From contig NIVC01000709.1 of assembly GCA_002269645.1 (NCBI GenBank), forward strand, positions 248,001-312,000: 64,000 nt of DNA, given 5' to 3'. The notes beneath the pieces were generated by a model. It did not search any database, was not told where the DNA came from, and saw only the letters and a list, made by a program, of their open reading frames with translations. The position numbers and the translations under genes were made by a program. Numbering within the stretch: position 1 is the stretch's first letter; each line of letters opens with the position of its first letter. Source of the stretch: Macrostomum lignano (lineage: Eukaryota). Of the stretch, positions 1 to 13,167 are shown piece by piece.

Positions 1-296
1 CCTCGGCGAGCGCCAACGGAGACGTGCCGGACAGCTGAAGCTCCCGACGAGAAAAGTTCGCGGCGTCCTTTGAGCTTTGAACTTTGAACGACTCTTGTTT
101 GTACGAGCGTTAAGTCTTCCTTGACTTCAGAGAATGTTTTTGCAGGTCAATTTATTCAGTCGAAACTAAATGGGCAAGCAATTTAAAGACGGAGTCTTTT
201 ACAATTTTTAAAGACTCGCTGTCGCTACTTTCTGGATTTTGACGAATTTTTTGTTTTTGTTTTATTAGCTCATTTCTTTCTTGGGTAGCTGCTTCC

Positions 297-660
297 GGGT
301 CTCCCTAAAACACGTACCGCACCACCCCGCAGTGCTACACATTATAACATTTTTTGTCCATGCAGTATTTGATTGCAGAGAAAACTATTTGTTGTAAGAG
401 TAACGAAATAAATACCATTAATTATTATATTAAACATTATTGTTATTCTTCTTATTTTCATTCTCATTATTAAATTACATAGTTATTATTTTATTATTAT
501 TAATAATATCAGTATTATTCACAGAATTTTAGATTTTAAAGTAATAAAAAACATAAATTTATTAAACACTTAAAGCTTAACACTGTGTCTTAATTTAAAG
601 CGCAATTTGTTTTAATTTGTAGCGTTGCTGGGCGGTGCGGCACGTGTTTTAGGGAGACCC
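297..660. mobile_element. Non-autonomous Mutator-like MITE (364 bp)
   Basis: About 43-bp imperfect TIRs: GGGTCTCCCTAAAACACGTACCGCACC from 297, inverse copy ending at 660. Flanked by 9-bp direct repeats GCTGCTTCC (288-296) and GCTGCTTCT (661-669). AT-rich non-coding core. A 9-bp TSD with GGG..CCC ends is typical of MULEs. Confidence 0.85.
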
Positions 661-1304
661 GCTGCTTCTTGTCTATGTAGCCATTTTCATAGAAAGTTAA
701 AGTATGCACTTATCTTTGTAATTTTATAAATTCATTAACATTGAACTCCTAGCATGTCACAATTGAGGTTTTTTAATGAACAGTTATGACTTCTATTGAT
801 AGATAAATCTTCAAGGGAAAATATCGAAAGTTGTACTGCATAGGAACTAATAATCATATTTATAATCAGTCTTCAATATCTCAAATTAGAATTCAATATT
901 AACCTTAACCGATATTAAACTTCACGCAGAGCAGCTGAGAAGTTTTTGTGCATCTTTTTGTTAACAACTTTTTTCTGTAGATATAGAATCGAATTCCGCT
1001 CATCGCAAATTCATTTAGGCCAATATATGCGCCCTACAGTAGCCTAAAACTCTAGAAGCATATTTTAATTTCTCCATTTTATGAAAATTTAATAAAAAAA
1101 CTAACCACGAGTTTAAATGATTCCAATGCCAAATGTTAAGCACAAACATTTAGTGCCAATTATATTATATTCCTAAAATCTTCAATTGTACAACTTTTTA
1201 TTGTTTATTTACTGTTTAATTCGAAGTTCACGAAGGATGGAGTGTCGGACTCTGGGACTCGTGGAATGGGAAATGGCAGACATAAGCTGGCCTGCCGCAG
1301 ACCG

Positions 1305-1740
1305 CTGGTCACAGGTCACCCGCTCGAATTGGGTCACAGGTCACCCGCTCGAATTGGGTCACAGGTCACCCGCTCGAATTGGGTCATAGGTCACCCGCTC
1401 GAATTGGGTCACAGGTCACCCGCTCGAATTGGGTCACAGGTCACCCGCTCGAATTGGGTCACAGGCTCACCCGCTCGAGTTGGGTCACAGGCTCACCCGC
1501 TCGAATTGGGTCACAGGCTCACCCGTTCGAATTGGGTCACAGGTCACCCGCTCGAATTGGGTCACAGGGTCACCCGTCCGAGTTGGATCACAGATCATCC
1601 GCTCGAGTTGGGTCCCAGTCACCCGTCCGAGTTGGGTCACAGGGTCACCCGTCCGAGTTGGGTCACAGGGTCACCCGCTCGAGTTGGGTCACAGGCTCAC
1701 CCGCTCGAGTTGGGTCACAGGGTCACCCGCCCGAGTTGCA
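1305..1740. repeat. Minisatellite, ~25-26 bp unit (GGGTCACAGGTCACCCGCTCGAATT)
   Basis: Tandem copies directly visible; they explain the ORFs at 1186-2148. Confidence 0.95.
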
Positions 1741-1811
1741 GAAGGGTTGAGAGAAGAGTCCTGTGTCCAGGGTTCTGGATGCTTCCGGCATTCCAGTGCT
1801 AACAGGTCTCT

Positions 1812-1815
<4 letters not shown>

Positions 1816-1878
<63 letters not shown>
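1816..1878. repeat. (CT)n microsatellite
   Basis: Pure CT run. Confidence 0.98.
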
Positions 1879-1882
<4 letters not shown>

Positions 1883-2879
1883 AGTCATCAGTCAAAGTCA
1901 AAATCACACGTCGGTCTAAAATCCTCAGCGCAGATAGTCCCCAAGGTCAGTCACGTGATGCTTTCCGAGATCGTTGCCAGGACAGTCTCTCTCTGATTGG
2001 CTTCCAGTCTTCTGACGTCATTCACCTCGTTCTAAAAATAGAATTATCATGCGGGTCACGAGGAAACGATGAGGAAAGCCGCGATTTTTTGGATGGGTTT
2101 TGGCGCATTCAGGTAGGTAACGACGCAACTTTTGTTTCTGGTAGATAGGGGGTCCGGTAGATAGGAGGTCTGGTAGATAGGGGTCTGGTAGATAGGGTCT
2201 CTGGTAGATAGGGGGTCTGGTAGCTAAGGATAAATAGGAGAGAGCAAGTTGGGGAGACATGAAGGAAAGGGTTTTCATGCAGACACATGAAAAGGGGGAA
2301 ATTTTCAAGACAGAATAGGGAACATCGTGTTCGCGCTCTACGGATATGAGTAGAAAGCAGTGAAAATAAGTATGGGCTAAGGGACATTAGAAGTAGGGAG
2401 AATAACGCCAATATATTAAGGATAACAACTTCAGATAACAAAGTCAGAGCAGTAGACTCACATAGTATGGAGGAAAGACAGGGGGAATGGGACAGCGCCA
2501 CGGGGAATAGCGGAAGGACAGGCAAGGATTAAGAAGTGGCAGAATTCACTCCTAACAAACTAAAAAATTCCTTGTATGGTAGCTCTGGAAAATAGCTTTA
2601 TCTTCCAACCTCTCTTCTTTGTCCGCGAGTTTCACTTGTCAATTCAGAAAAATACGAGTGCACAGGTGTTCCCACAGTTGAGCCGTTGTCACGGCAACAC
2701 GTTCAGTAAAACAAACAAAGCCAGCTGCATGTATGACGATATTCAAACAGGAATATTCTTCCAAAGCAGCTCGAGGCACGTGGCAACGAATTGTCCCAAG
2801 GCTAAGTTGAAGACAGCTATAAAAAAGTGTCGATTTCTTTTGCGGAGTTGGGGAAGCAGTTGAACTCAAGCATCCAGAG

Positions 2880-4848
2880 ATGAAGAGTAGATTCTGGACT
2901 TTGCTCAGCACCTTGGCAGCAGTTTTCATCTCAGCCGCAGCTACCGGTAGTTGCGACCCAGATTTTCCCAGGCTGCTGGGCGACAATTTCACCTGTGTGC
3001 GCACAGAAACAGTCCAGCCAGACACCTGGTGCGGCGCCCAGGCTGCCTGCAGCGGCATCGGCGGCCGGCTTGTGACGTCACCGGATGTGATCCAACGACT
3101 GATGTCGGATCTGAACCAGCGAACTCGGTACTGGATTGGCTACACCGACCTGCTGACTGAGGTGATTCAGAATTTCCTGACCTGGACTGCCTTTTTTTCT
3201 GAGCTAAAAATCTCATACTCTCAAGCGATAAATCCCATACACCATACTGCTAGATCTCATACACCATACTGCTAGATCCCATACACCACACTGCTAGATC
3301 CCATACACCACACTGCTAGATCTCATACACCATACTGCTAGATCCCATACACCACCACACTGCTAGATCCCATACACCACACTGCTAGATCCCATACACC
3401 ACACTGCTAGATCCCATACACCACCACACTGCTAGATCCCATACACCACACTGCTAGATCCCATACACCACACTGCTAGATCCCATACACCACACTGCTA
3501 GATCCCATACACCACACTTCTAGATCCCATACACCACACTGCTAGATCCCATACACCACCACACTGCTAGATCCCATACACCACACTGTTAGATCATCCC
3601 ATACACCACCACACTGCTATAGATCCCATACACCACACTGTTAGATCATCCCATACACCACCACACTGCTATAGATCCCATACACCACACTGCTAGATCC
3701 CATACACCACACTGCTAGATCCCATACACCACACTGCTAGATCCCATACACCACACTGCTAGATCCCATACACCACACTGCTAGATCCCATACACCACCA
3801 CACTGCTAGATCCCATACACCACACTGCTAGATCCCATACACCACACTGCTAGATCCCATACACCACACTGCTAGATCATCCCATACACCACACTGTTAG
3901 ATCATCCCATACACCACCACACTGCTATAGATCCCATACACCACCACACTGCTATAGATCCCATACACCACACTGTTAGATCATCCCATACACCACCACA
4001 CTGCTATAGATCCCATACACCACACTGTTAGATCATCCCATACACCACCACACTGCTATAGATCCCATACACCACACTGTTAGATCATCCCATACACCAC
4101 ACTGTTAGATCATCCCATACACCACACTGCTAGATCCCATACACCACACTGCTAGATCATCCCATACACCACACTGCTAGATCCCATACACCACACTGCT
4201 AGATCATCCCATACACCACACTGCTAGATCATCCCATACACCACACTGCTAGATCCCATACACCACACTGCTAGATCATCCCATACAGCACACTGCTATA
4301 GATCCCATACACCACACTGCTAGATTCCATACGAGTACTCTAGGATGGATCCCATGCTATTAGGCAACTTCCCGAATTCCTCATTGGCAAAGGTCCGCAC
4401 CAGCAAGCTGGGCTGGATGAGCACGGAAGGCCACGAGATGCCAGCAGAGACTCAGTGGACTCCGAATCGGCCCTACTGGACCAGCGGACGCGACGACTGC
4501 CTGGCCCTCAACGCGGAGACCAGCGCCGGCCCGTTCCGCCTGTCGAACAGCCACTGCTCCAACAACTATTACTACGTGTGCGAGCAGGGTCCGCACAGCT
4601 TTGCTCAGGCCTCGATGTTCCGCCATCTGACCAATGTTCCAATCGACTCGGCCAATGAGTACTGCTCGCGGGAGTCCGACACCCAGGTCAGGTCTCAAGG
4701 CCACTGCGCTCTGCTGTGTAGATACAGCCTTCACTGCAAGGCATTTCTCTTCAACGCTGCTCAGGCCAGATGCCACTTCATCAACTTTGCTCTGGCCTCG
4801 GTTGAAGCGGAGTTCAACAGTACCGGCTGGGTGATGTTTGAACGATGA
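2880..4848 (+). CDS. Secreted C-type lectin + C-terminal PAN/apple domain protein (paralog 1), 2 exons
   Basis: Exon1 2880-3161: signal peptide, WCGAQAAC..GGRLV..YWIGYTD. Donor GAG|GTGATT; phase-0 acceptor AAG|GTC at 4393. Exon2 4393-4848: GWMS..DDCLAL..YYYVCE, then PAN-type CALLCRYSLHCKAFLFNAAQARC. The spliced frame is continuous. Confidence 0.85.
3233..4332. repeat. Intronic minisatellite, ~22-bp unit (CCATACACCACACTGCTAGATC) with variants
   Basis: Fills most of intron 1 of lectin paralog 1. Confidence 0.95.
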
Positions 4849-5717
4849 GATGTATAGGAAAAGCTCTTGGAATCCATCCAGTTGCATTGCGCCCAGAGAT
4901 TCCAGCCACCTCGAATGCAGAACTCAACACCTGGTTCAGAGCTCAGCAACCAAGCGGAGGCCAAAGAAAAATGACACCATATTATAGTTAATAACTTCAC
5001 TGAACCAGTTTTTACACCATTTTGTCGCACTTGTTTTCTGAAGAATCGAAGACAAGTTCCAATGAGTATATGGAGCCGCAGAATGAGTATAACTAAAATA
5101 TACTGGTCTAGAAAAAATTGATTGTTTCCGTGTTTCTGTGTTGGTTTGCTCTCTTAATACGGTCAAATCCTTCGGTGGCTACTTGAAGTAGACTATGTAC
5201 AAATCTAGGGGTTTGCAGTTACGCTCGAAGTTGATGCAAGAAGCTTGGTAGCCCGACGGATTCAAATAGGTGAGGTCTCCATAGAGCAGTCTTCATCTAT
5301 CTTGCATCAATCCTTTTTAAGCTGCGATATCTTTCACCTGACTGTCTTTCAAGTGAGATTCTGGTTGTTTCTGATATGCAGTTTAAAATTCGTATCGATT
5401 CAAATCAGACAAGCAGCTTCATGCAGCTTCATGCAGCTTCCACTCTTCAGCCCCTTAGTCATCAATGATGCGTGCATGCAGTGAAAACGGCTGTCTTTAA
5501 CAGCACAGAGAATTTTCAACTATTTTTCTCGCCCTCGGCAATTCGCTCGCGGCGACTCCACCAGTCAGCGTTCATCAGAAATCGATTCCCATAGGATTAA
5601 GGCTGTTTGAATTTTAAATGAACATAAAATTTTTATGCCCATATATCGAGACAGGTAAGGAACATGGACATTTGTTAGAAATCGAAGGAAAATTGGGAAA
5701 GTTGAAGTTTCCCTAAT

Positions 5718-6575
5718 ATGGAACTTGTCCGGTTGTTCATCGTGACTTCGCTAGCGTCAGTGCGTCCCACTGACTACCCAATGCGACTGGAGGACAATGT
5801 CACCTGTCTACACCTGCGTCGCAAGTACATTACCTGGTGCGCCGCACAAACAGCCTGCAGCAACCTTGGCGGACGGCTGGTGACCACCGTTGGTGTCATT
5901 AAGCAACTCCAGACGGCGCTGAATCGGTCAGTGGCCACCCGGTTCTGGGTCGGGTACACGGACATGCTGCGCGAGGTGAGACTTTGCGAACAGCTCGATC
6001 TAAAGTGTCTATTTTCACTGTTTCTTTGGTTTTGGGAATATTGGATCGAATTTTAGCGGGAAAATGAAAACTAACCCATCACCGCTCGCAATGGCTCAGG
6101 CCGGTACCAGCAGACACGGCTGGATCAGCACTGAAAGCGACGAGATGCCAACTACGGCCTCGCTGTGGATGCCCGGCCGTCCGGATGCCCTGACGACGGA
6201 CGACGATTGTCTGAACTTGGCGGTTGGCGGAGGAAGCGCGCAATTCGCTCTCACGGAATCCTTTTGGTCGAATGGCTACGCTTACGCTTGCGAACGGGGC
6301 CGGCACGCTTTTGCTTCTGACGTGTTTTCGGTTTTCGTCAGCGATCAGAGGTTCCGATAGAGTCTGGAAATGACTACTGCCGCTGGGAGGCTAAAGACAG
6401 CGCTTCATCCAGCCGCATGACTCGGATCAACTGTGCCCAACAATGCCTTCAAAGTCGATACTGCAAGGCGTTTCTATTTAGCAAATCACAGGCCAGATGT
6501 CGCCACGTAAACTTTGCTCTGTCTGCAGTCGAGCCCGAGCTCAGCTCAGCAGACTGGGAGTTGTTTGTGCGCTGA
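5718..6575 (+). CDS. C-type lectin + PAN domain protein (paralog 2), frameshifted in exon 2
   Basis: Exon1 5718-5975 (donor GAG|GTGAG at the same codon position as paralog 1). Acceptor CAG|GCC at 6100 with CTAAC branch site at 6071. The PAN part (VPIESGNDYC..CAQQCLQSRYCKAFLFSKSQARC..WELFVR*) ends at TGA 6573-6575 but is out of frame; 35 nt lie where paralog 1 has 30 (~6320-6355). Pseudogene or consensus error. Confidence 0.75.
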
Positions 6576-7671
6576 GTAAGAATCGAAGCATCGGACAGGA
6601 GGTGTGCAGCGATACGAAAATGCAATTGAATTCGCCAAAATGACCCGTTACCATGTCCGGTAGATGCCAATACACATGTCCACATGTCCACATGGAGTAA
6701 ATTTCCTATAGTTCCCTGGATCAGCTCCAGAACCAAATATAAAATGTTATCCCTAAAATAATCCTGATTTTTATAATCCTACTTCACCTATCCATTAAGT
6801 AACAGAGTTTTGCACATCATTCGTTGGAATTTAGGTGTTGCATTGCTTTAATAAAAACTTGCCAATATTTATTCATTTCATGCTTTCATGCAAGATGCTA
6901 ATTTATCAACTACATGCAGGTATAGACAGCCAAGCCTTTCAAGGTAAAATAGTTGGTCGGAAAGTTACTGGAGAGGGTATTGGTTTGTTTAAAGTAATGT
7001 CAAGAAGCCGCGGTTGCCGGAAATGGAGCTGGCAGTTAAAAATGGAATATTGTTTGCAGCTGCGATTGTACAGTACATGCAAGAAAACGATCTGATGATT
7101 GTCAGAACTGATACATGTAGAATTCTAGGATGAATTTGGAATTTCTGTTCTTTAGTCGTCCTTGGTACTGCTACAGTCTTCTTGACCTTTGCAAAAAAGG
7201 ATGTTTTTCGAATATTTAATCCATTATATCATTCAGCAATTTCTTAGCTACGACACATGCACCGTCACCAGAGAATTTCTGATCGAACAGTGCAAGTCTC
7301 ATGAAAATCGATTGAGCCGTTTTTTCTCTAATCAATTACACAGATACCAGGTAGATAGTGGATTCTAAGTTTAGTTGTAGTGAATGATTTTTATTGTTTT
7401 TCAGGCAATAGGCAACACTATGTCAGCAAATGCAAGCGGATACTACTTAAGGCTTTTTGGTTTTAAAATAATAAAAACACGAAATGGGGACGCGCAATTT
7501 TGCTTGCACTTTTGAGAACGAAAGAATATCAAACAGAATGAGAAAAGAATCGAGTAAAAAATGAGAGCATATACCATGCAAGTAAATATCAAATAGGAAA
7601 CCAAAGAGTCAAAGCTCGGTATGGCAGTGTTGGCATTGATAGTGTCAAAAATTTTAGCTTCAGTAGTTTAA

Positions 7672-10071
7672 CCCCGCCAACACTGATGGCACGCCAGGCG
7701 TGCCATGGGTCTCATTTAACCATACACTGAGAATACGTGTCTATTGCCCAGATGGTTTAGCATAAGTATGACTTTTCGACATCCCCATAAGTCACGGATG
7801 GCATGCTGTGCGTACCATGTTATTTTTTCGCAATTTTTTAACTATATTTGACTGCAAGTACAGGATAGGTAACAAAAACTTTAAAAAAGGACAACAACAG
7901 AACAAAAAACAATTAGGTAAACAATATTTAAGACATCGATGAGGCATTTAGGAGGAGCGTTTTGAATTTCGTATTCTGAACGTAATTAAGTTTTACACGG
8001 TACCACCAGTGCAACTACATGTACTGTGCTGCTGCAGTGTGCCAATTCTGAAAGCATGGGACAGCACACAGCCCGGGATCTCCTGGGCAACCAGCGCATA
8101 CGAACACCGTTCTTTTGGCCACACCATTGCTGTAGCAAACTCTGCATCGCTTTGTCGGCCTCGCATTGGCATCTGTCGGCGGCAACTTCGATGGCGCGTG
8201 CTGTGAGACGGCCCTGCGCTTCGATGTATTCAGACGTTTGCCCCGGCCTGTCTGCTCCATGAGAGTGCGGATCGCAGCTTCCAAAAAATCAAAGAATTTG
8301 ATATCGCTTCCTCCTTGGCAATTGCACATCCAGGCATTGCGGACCAACTGCAGCAAAATGTGGAACCCGAGCTTCTGGTGCCATCTGTAGGTTCTTCTCC
8401 CCGCACTGTAAGGCGCTGCAGTGCTGCATCAAGGCGATCAACGCCTCCCATGTACTTATTGTACTGCAGCACCGAAATCGGCTTTAAAACTGACTCCTCC
8501 GCTCCGCCTCGGATCACTCGCCTCACTTCCGTGCTTTCAGCAACACCGTGCGTGTCCAACAAGTACACAGTTTTGCGACCGCTTGCCTTCCTGTCTACAA
8601 GCTTGACTGCGAGAACATCGCCGCGGCGCATCTGGGAGTGACTGACGGGTTGCACGGGCAGCAATTTCAGCTCATTCGGCACACCTCGATTGGGCCTCAC
8701 CGTCCCAGTCAGTAAGGTACTGCGTTCCAGCAGAAACTGCGCCAGACGGAGCGATGTGAACCAGCTGTCACAGAAGACCTTGTACCCCAGGTCCTGCAAA
8801 TTTTTACTCAATTCAACGATGATCTTCTCGCTCATCGACAAATTCCCGCAGTTTAATCCATCTCCAAACTTGTCGTTATCCTGCTTAGCAGCATGTACAC
8901 GAAAGTTCCACAGAAAACCTGTCGAAGCTTCCGTCAAGCAGTAGACCTTGATGCCGAATCTGGCACGCTTGTTGGGCATGAACTGCCGGAAAATGAGCCT
9001 GCCCTTGTACATGACCAGTTCTTTATCGACAGACACCTCTTGACGTGGGCTGTAATTTGCTTGGCAAATATCGCGGGCAATGTTAAGAAAAGGTCGAATC
9101 TTTTTCAAGGAGTCCTGTTGGTTGTCGGTGGTGCAGTCGTAAAATCGAAGGAATGATAATATCTGCACAAACCGATCCCTTCCAAGGCAATGTTCTTTCT
9201 GGAAGTATTCGCCGCCGTAAAAGTCTCCCGTGGACCGTTACATGTGCATTTCGGGCTTCTTCACAAAACCCATGTACAGGACGATTGCTAGTGACTTCTT
9301 CTTCACCTCATTGTCGGTACACGGTCTCCAAGTTGATAGCAAATTGGGAAGAGCTCCGTCCTGATCTTCAGCTGTCAAATGTTGAAGCTCCATGTCAGCT
9401 CCGGCGTTGGTCCAGATGCGAATGGCAGACACCAGATCAGCGGTGAGAAAGTGCTGCAGATAGAATTGCACCTGGGCCATTTTACCTTCAGGAGCTTGTG
9501 CTTGGATGTCTGGGTTCAGGCCAGGTACAGCGAGGAATTCGGGCAGATCGCTGAGACGCGAATCTTCACCATCTTGAGCAGTTGTCCATTCATTCTCGTT
9601 GGCGAACTCGACTCCATGCTCAGCTACTTCACCATTACTCTCACCATCTTCCTCGTCCAGCAAATCTCCATCGACACTCATATATTCACCGTCGCTGCCA
9701 TCGCTGGTGAAAACAGGAGAACCTTCCTTAATTGCAATTGCAGCATCGTCAATGTTGTTAGCCATTTTGAGTCTTGAGTAAGTTGAATTAATTATACAGT
9801 AAAGTTCGACAAGTTTGTGGCATCAGGAAAATTTACTGCATGATTCTGGACTGTTTTTACCATAGACAGTTTTAAAATAAACTGTAGTATCAGTCAAGCG
9901 CAAATTTTAGGACAGTTGGAACTCAATAGTTAAGTAAGCCAGTCAGTAGTCTATGGGAATTTCTTGAGCCGTAAATTGACACAGTGCTCTGTGGCAGTGG
10001 GAAAGAGATTGAAGCCCCATGGTACGCGTTGCATGCCATCCGTCAATAGTGACTGTGTGCGGAAAAAAGCT
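7672..10071 (-). mobile_element. piggyBac-family DNA transposon
   Basis: TTAA at 7668-7671 followed by CCCC..GATGGCACGCC. A second end-like copy lies at ~7783-7819 and its inverted match CATGGTACGC...GCATGCCATCCGT at ~10018-10043. The transposase lies inside. The right boundary is degenerate and approximate. Confidence 0.75.
8015..9765 (-). pseudogene. piggyBac (PGBD4-like) transposase with one in-frame stop and one frameshift
   Basis: Acidic N-terminus; SVDKELVMYKGR..FMPNKRARFGIKVYCL; FCDSWFTS; YNKYMGGVDRLD; C-terminal Cys-rich domain CRVC..C..CP..PGLC..PCFQNWH. TAA CGG at ~9240 where TAC TGG (YW) is expected; 2-nt insertion near 8415. Confidence 0.88.
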
Positions 10072-10196
10072 CAGTGCGCTACTAATAGTTTTTATGAAAT
10101 TTACATGGATGCCAATGAACGATGAAGCCTAGCAACTAACCGTTTCATGGGTTTATGTCACAATTCATTCGGCAGCTTCATTGAACATCCTCAGGG

Positions 10197-10959
10197 CTAC
10201 TTGTTTCCACATAGATAAGCCTTGCTGATCTCCTGCCAGTCGGGCCACAGCTCCCGCCTGATTCTGTTAATGTAATCGCACAGGTTGGGGGCCTGCTGGC
10301 GCATGAACTGCAGGTTGGGATAGTCCAGATCAACGTACATCAGCTGAGCAAGATGACCGAAGGCGTAGCAATCCACGGTAGTCATTCGGTCGCCCATGAT
10401 GAACTTCTTGCTGCCCAGAGCTCTGGACAGCGCCAGAATATCGTCGCAGCCCATGGCGTAGATCTCCGGCACGGTGTTCCGACCGATGCCGTGGTACGCG
10501 CACCGCTTCCTCCAGTATCTTGGGAACGTCAGTATGAGAAACTTCCGAGCCTGCTCAACAAATCGATAGTACATGTACGAGTAGAAGGTCTGGTTCTCCA
10601 GCATCATCTCCAGGCCTCTGGCAAATCCCAACTGCTCGTCAGTCAGCGAATCGTTTGTCTTGAAGTAGTCGGAGAGGCTGGCAATGATCATATTGGACGA
10701 TCGTTGAGCTCTTCTCCGTTGAGAGCTCCACGAACGGAATTTGGCCCTTGCTACTCCAGACGTGTGCTTTACGCACGGCAGTTGTACCGAAATCTGCTTC
10801 ATGCGGAGCCAGGTCTCCAGCTTCAAGGCGAAAGGAGAGATCGTGACTGCTGTGCGGGTACTCGGAAACGTGAACAAAGTATACCATGTCCTTTTCCAAG
10901 TTGGCTATTCGTGGGCTAATGCTGGGATCAAGATTAAAGAAGATTTTCTTAATGGCCAT
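10197..10959 (-). CDS. Failed-axon-connections (FAX)/metaxin-like GST-family protein, intronless, several frameshifts as assembled
   Basis: KDMVY-LFTFP..SPFALKLETWLRM..SSKGQIPFVEL-NGEE..SNMII, then LSRALGSKKFIMGDRMTTVDCYAFGHLAQ. The N-terminal half is split between ORFs 10639-10995 and 10197-10877 by small insertions (extra T ~10880, TC duplication ~10725). Confidence 0.8.
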
Positions 10960-11455
10960 TATTCCAACAGTGCCGCACCTACGGTGAGTAGCCACTTTGC
11001 TGTCGGGGAGCTCAGATGCGACAAGAGTGTCTCCATTGGTCTACCTGAGGGTGCGAAGAACGATCAAGCCACGCGGTCCTAATCTAGCCATTGCATGTAA
11101 GTTTACTACATGCATGTAAATCGTGTAGTTTAAATTAAATTTCACAAGAATTAACTGAAGTTTAAACATATTCGCGAACTAAGGACTAGAGTAACTCCAC
11201 ATCATCCTGAAAAGCTTGTAAGAAAGGTACTGCTTACCTTTTGAGTAATTTTAAGAAGACAGAAACTCCAATATTTTGAGTAAACAACTCACAGCCCCAA
11301 TTATTACAAGCGTGAGTACTTTATAGTTTTTTTGCAGTCCTGCAGCGGTGGGCAGCGGTTGACTGAAGCCCTTCCCTCCCAAATAGTCCTCCCAAAATAT
11401 CTTGTTTTCAGGGGCAGGGCACAGTGCAAGGGCATGTGGGTTGCTGTGAAGTCGA

Positions 11456-12020
11456 GATCAAGCCTCGACAGTGGGCAAGAATCAACCGACAGACATTCTC
11501 AGCTAGTCTCTCAAGCATTCCGTCATCCTCCCGACGCCGTTGGCTCCTTCAACAGATTACACCAGGTGACTATGGACAGCTTGATAAGAATTTCTCTAGT
11601 TTCGCCGATCAAGCCTCGACAGTGGGCAAGAATCAACCGCCAGACATTCTCAGCTAGTCTCTCAAGCATTCCGTCATCATCCCGACGCCGTCGGCTCCTT
11701 CAACAGATTACACCAGGTGATCCTATGGACAGCCTGATAAGAATTTCTCTAGTTTCGCCGATCAAGCCTCGACAGTAGGCAAAAATAAACTGCTGGACAT
11801 CCTCAGCTAGTCAGTCAAGCATTCAGCATCACCCGGACGCCGTCGGCTTCTTCAACAGATTACACCAGGTGACTATGGACATCCTGTTGCAAATACGTCA
11901 GGTTTTTTCTAATCAAGCTTCAATAATGGGCAAACCTCAACTGCTGGACATCCTCAGCTAGTCAGTCAAGCATTCAGCCATCACCCGACGCCGTCGGCAC
12001 CTTCAACAGGTGGCACCAGG
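11456..12020. repeat. Tandem repeat, ~151-153 bp unit, ~3.7 copies
   Basis: Unit starts (GATCAAGC) at 11456, 11607, 11760 and ~11911; later copies are more diverged. Confidence 0.9.
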
Positions 12021-12907
12021 GGAGTAAGGACACCTGAGCGTGATTTTTCATCATGCTCTTAACATATTTCTGAAGCTCTCAAATTTTTTTAAGCACGGCC
12101 GGACATTGCTATAGTTAAGCTTGAACTCATGTTGCTGTATATTTATATTATTACTACACATTACTTTTATGCATACGAGCTACATACATATATTATTCGA
12201 CAAGCTGTTTAGTTTATTCAACTATTTATTGAACCCAATTTTATGCAGAAATTAGGTTATGCTTTTAAGAAGCCAGTAAATTCAATCGGTTTTTTCATTT
12301 TTTAAAAGCATAATAAAAAATTATCTCGATCTTCGCCCTGCTGGTCGTATTACCCTAGGCTTTCATGTACATGTGCATACATTGTCATCACGTGGCCCTA
12401 CATGTATTTCGTAGTTCTGTCAGCCCCCACTCATGTCATCATTAATTAAATAGGCTGTTTGCAAGATGAAATAGATCCAACAATATTTTTGCCACATATA
12501 CACGACACCACAAATATATAACAAGATTTCGCTTGCCCCATTTTAAACGGCCATGAGCACTTGTGCTTTTGGTTCTGGAATTTGGTTTAAGAAAATTTCT
12601 CAAAAGCTGATCGAACTTAGTGTTACTAGAAAGAAGCTGAAATAATTATTTGTATTTGATGATACTCGATACTCTATCTACTTTATATTTGATACGTGAC
12701 TTTGATTTGAATGACCAATGCTGTTAAAAAGTTTTTTACGATTTTTTAAAAAGTATTAGCAGATTTATCTAATTAGATTGTTCGATTAATTCTTTCTACA
12801 TTCACATCGATTTCGATTCTGGAATCAGAATTTTCCCAATCTCCTGGTTCTGAATCTGGAGTAAATCTTCGTGAAAGTTTCTTAAAAGTTGTAGCCCGCG
12901 ATACGAT

Positions 12908-13167
12908 GGGCCTTTTCATATTACCAATTCCAGAACCAGAATCGGTTCGGAATTCTAAGAAAAACAGCAGTATAACTATTAAACTCTGTTAATATTTGAC
13001 TGCCTTAACAACCTAACTTAGCACAATTTTTTACTTTCTTCTTGGCGATTGTCATTCAATAATAAAAACTTTATAGCGCGTATCTCCCTCTAGTTATGGA
13101 GACAAAAAGTTATACTTCACAAATTGTTTCTGGTTCTGGAACCAGAGCAAGCAATATGAAAAGGCCC
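12908..13167. mobile_element. PIF/Harbinger-like MITE (260 bp)
   Basis: TIRs GGGCCTTTTCATATT(A/G)C match 16/17. Subterminal TTCCAGAACCAGAA in inverted orientation at both ends. 3-bp direct repeat GAT on both sides (12905-12907, 13168-13170). Confidence 0.7.

Noticed and set aside
1-2560. Possible exons near 1-130 and 1740-1810, and GGTAGATAGGG repeats at 2140-2225
   Set aside because: No recognisable protein motif or paired terminal repeat; too little evidence.
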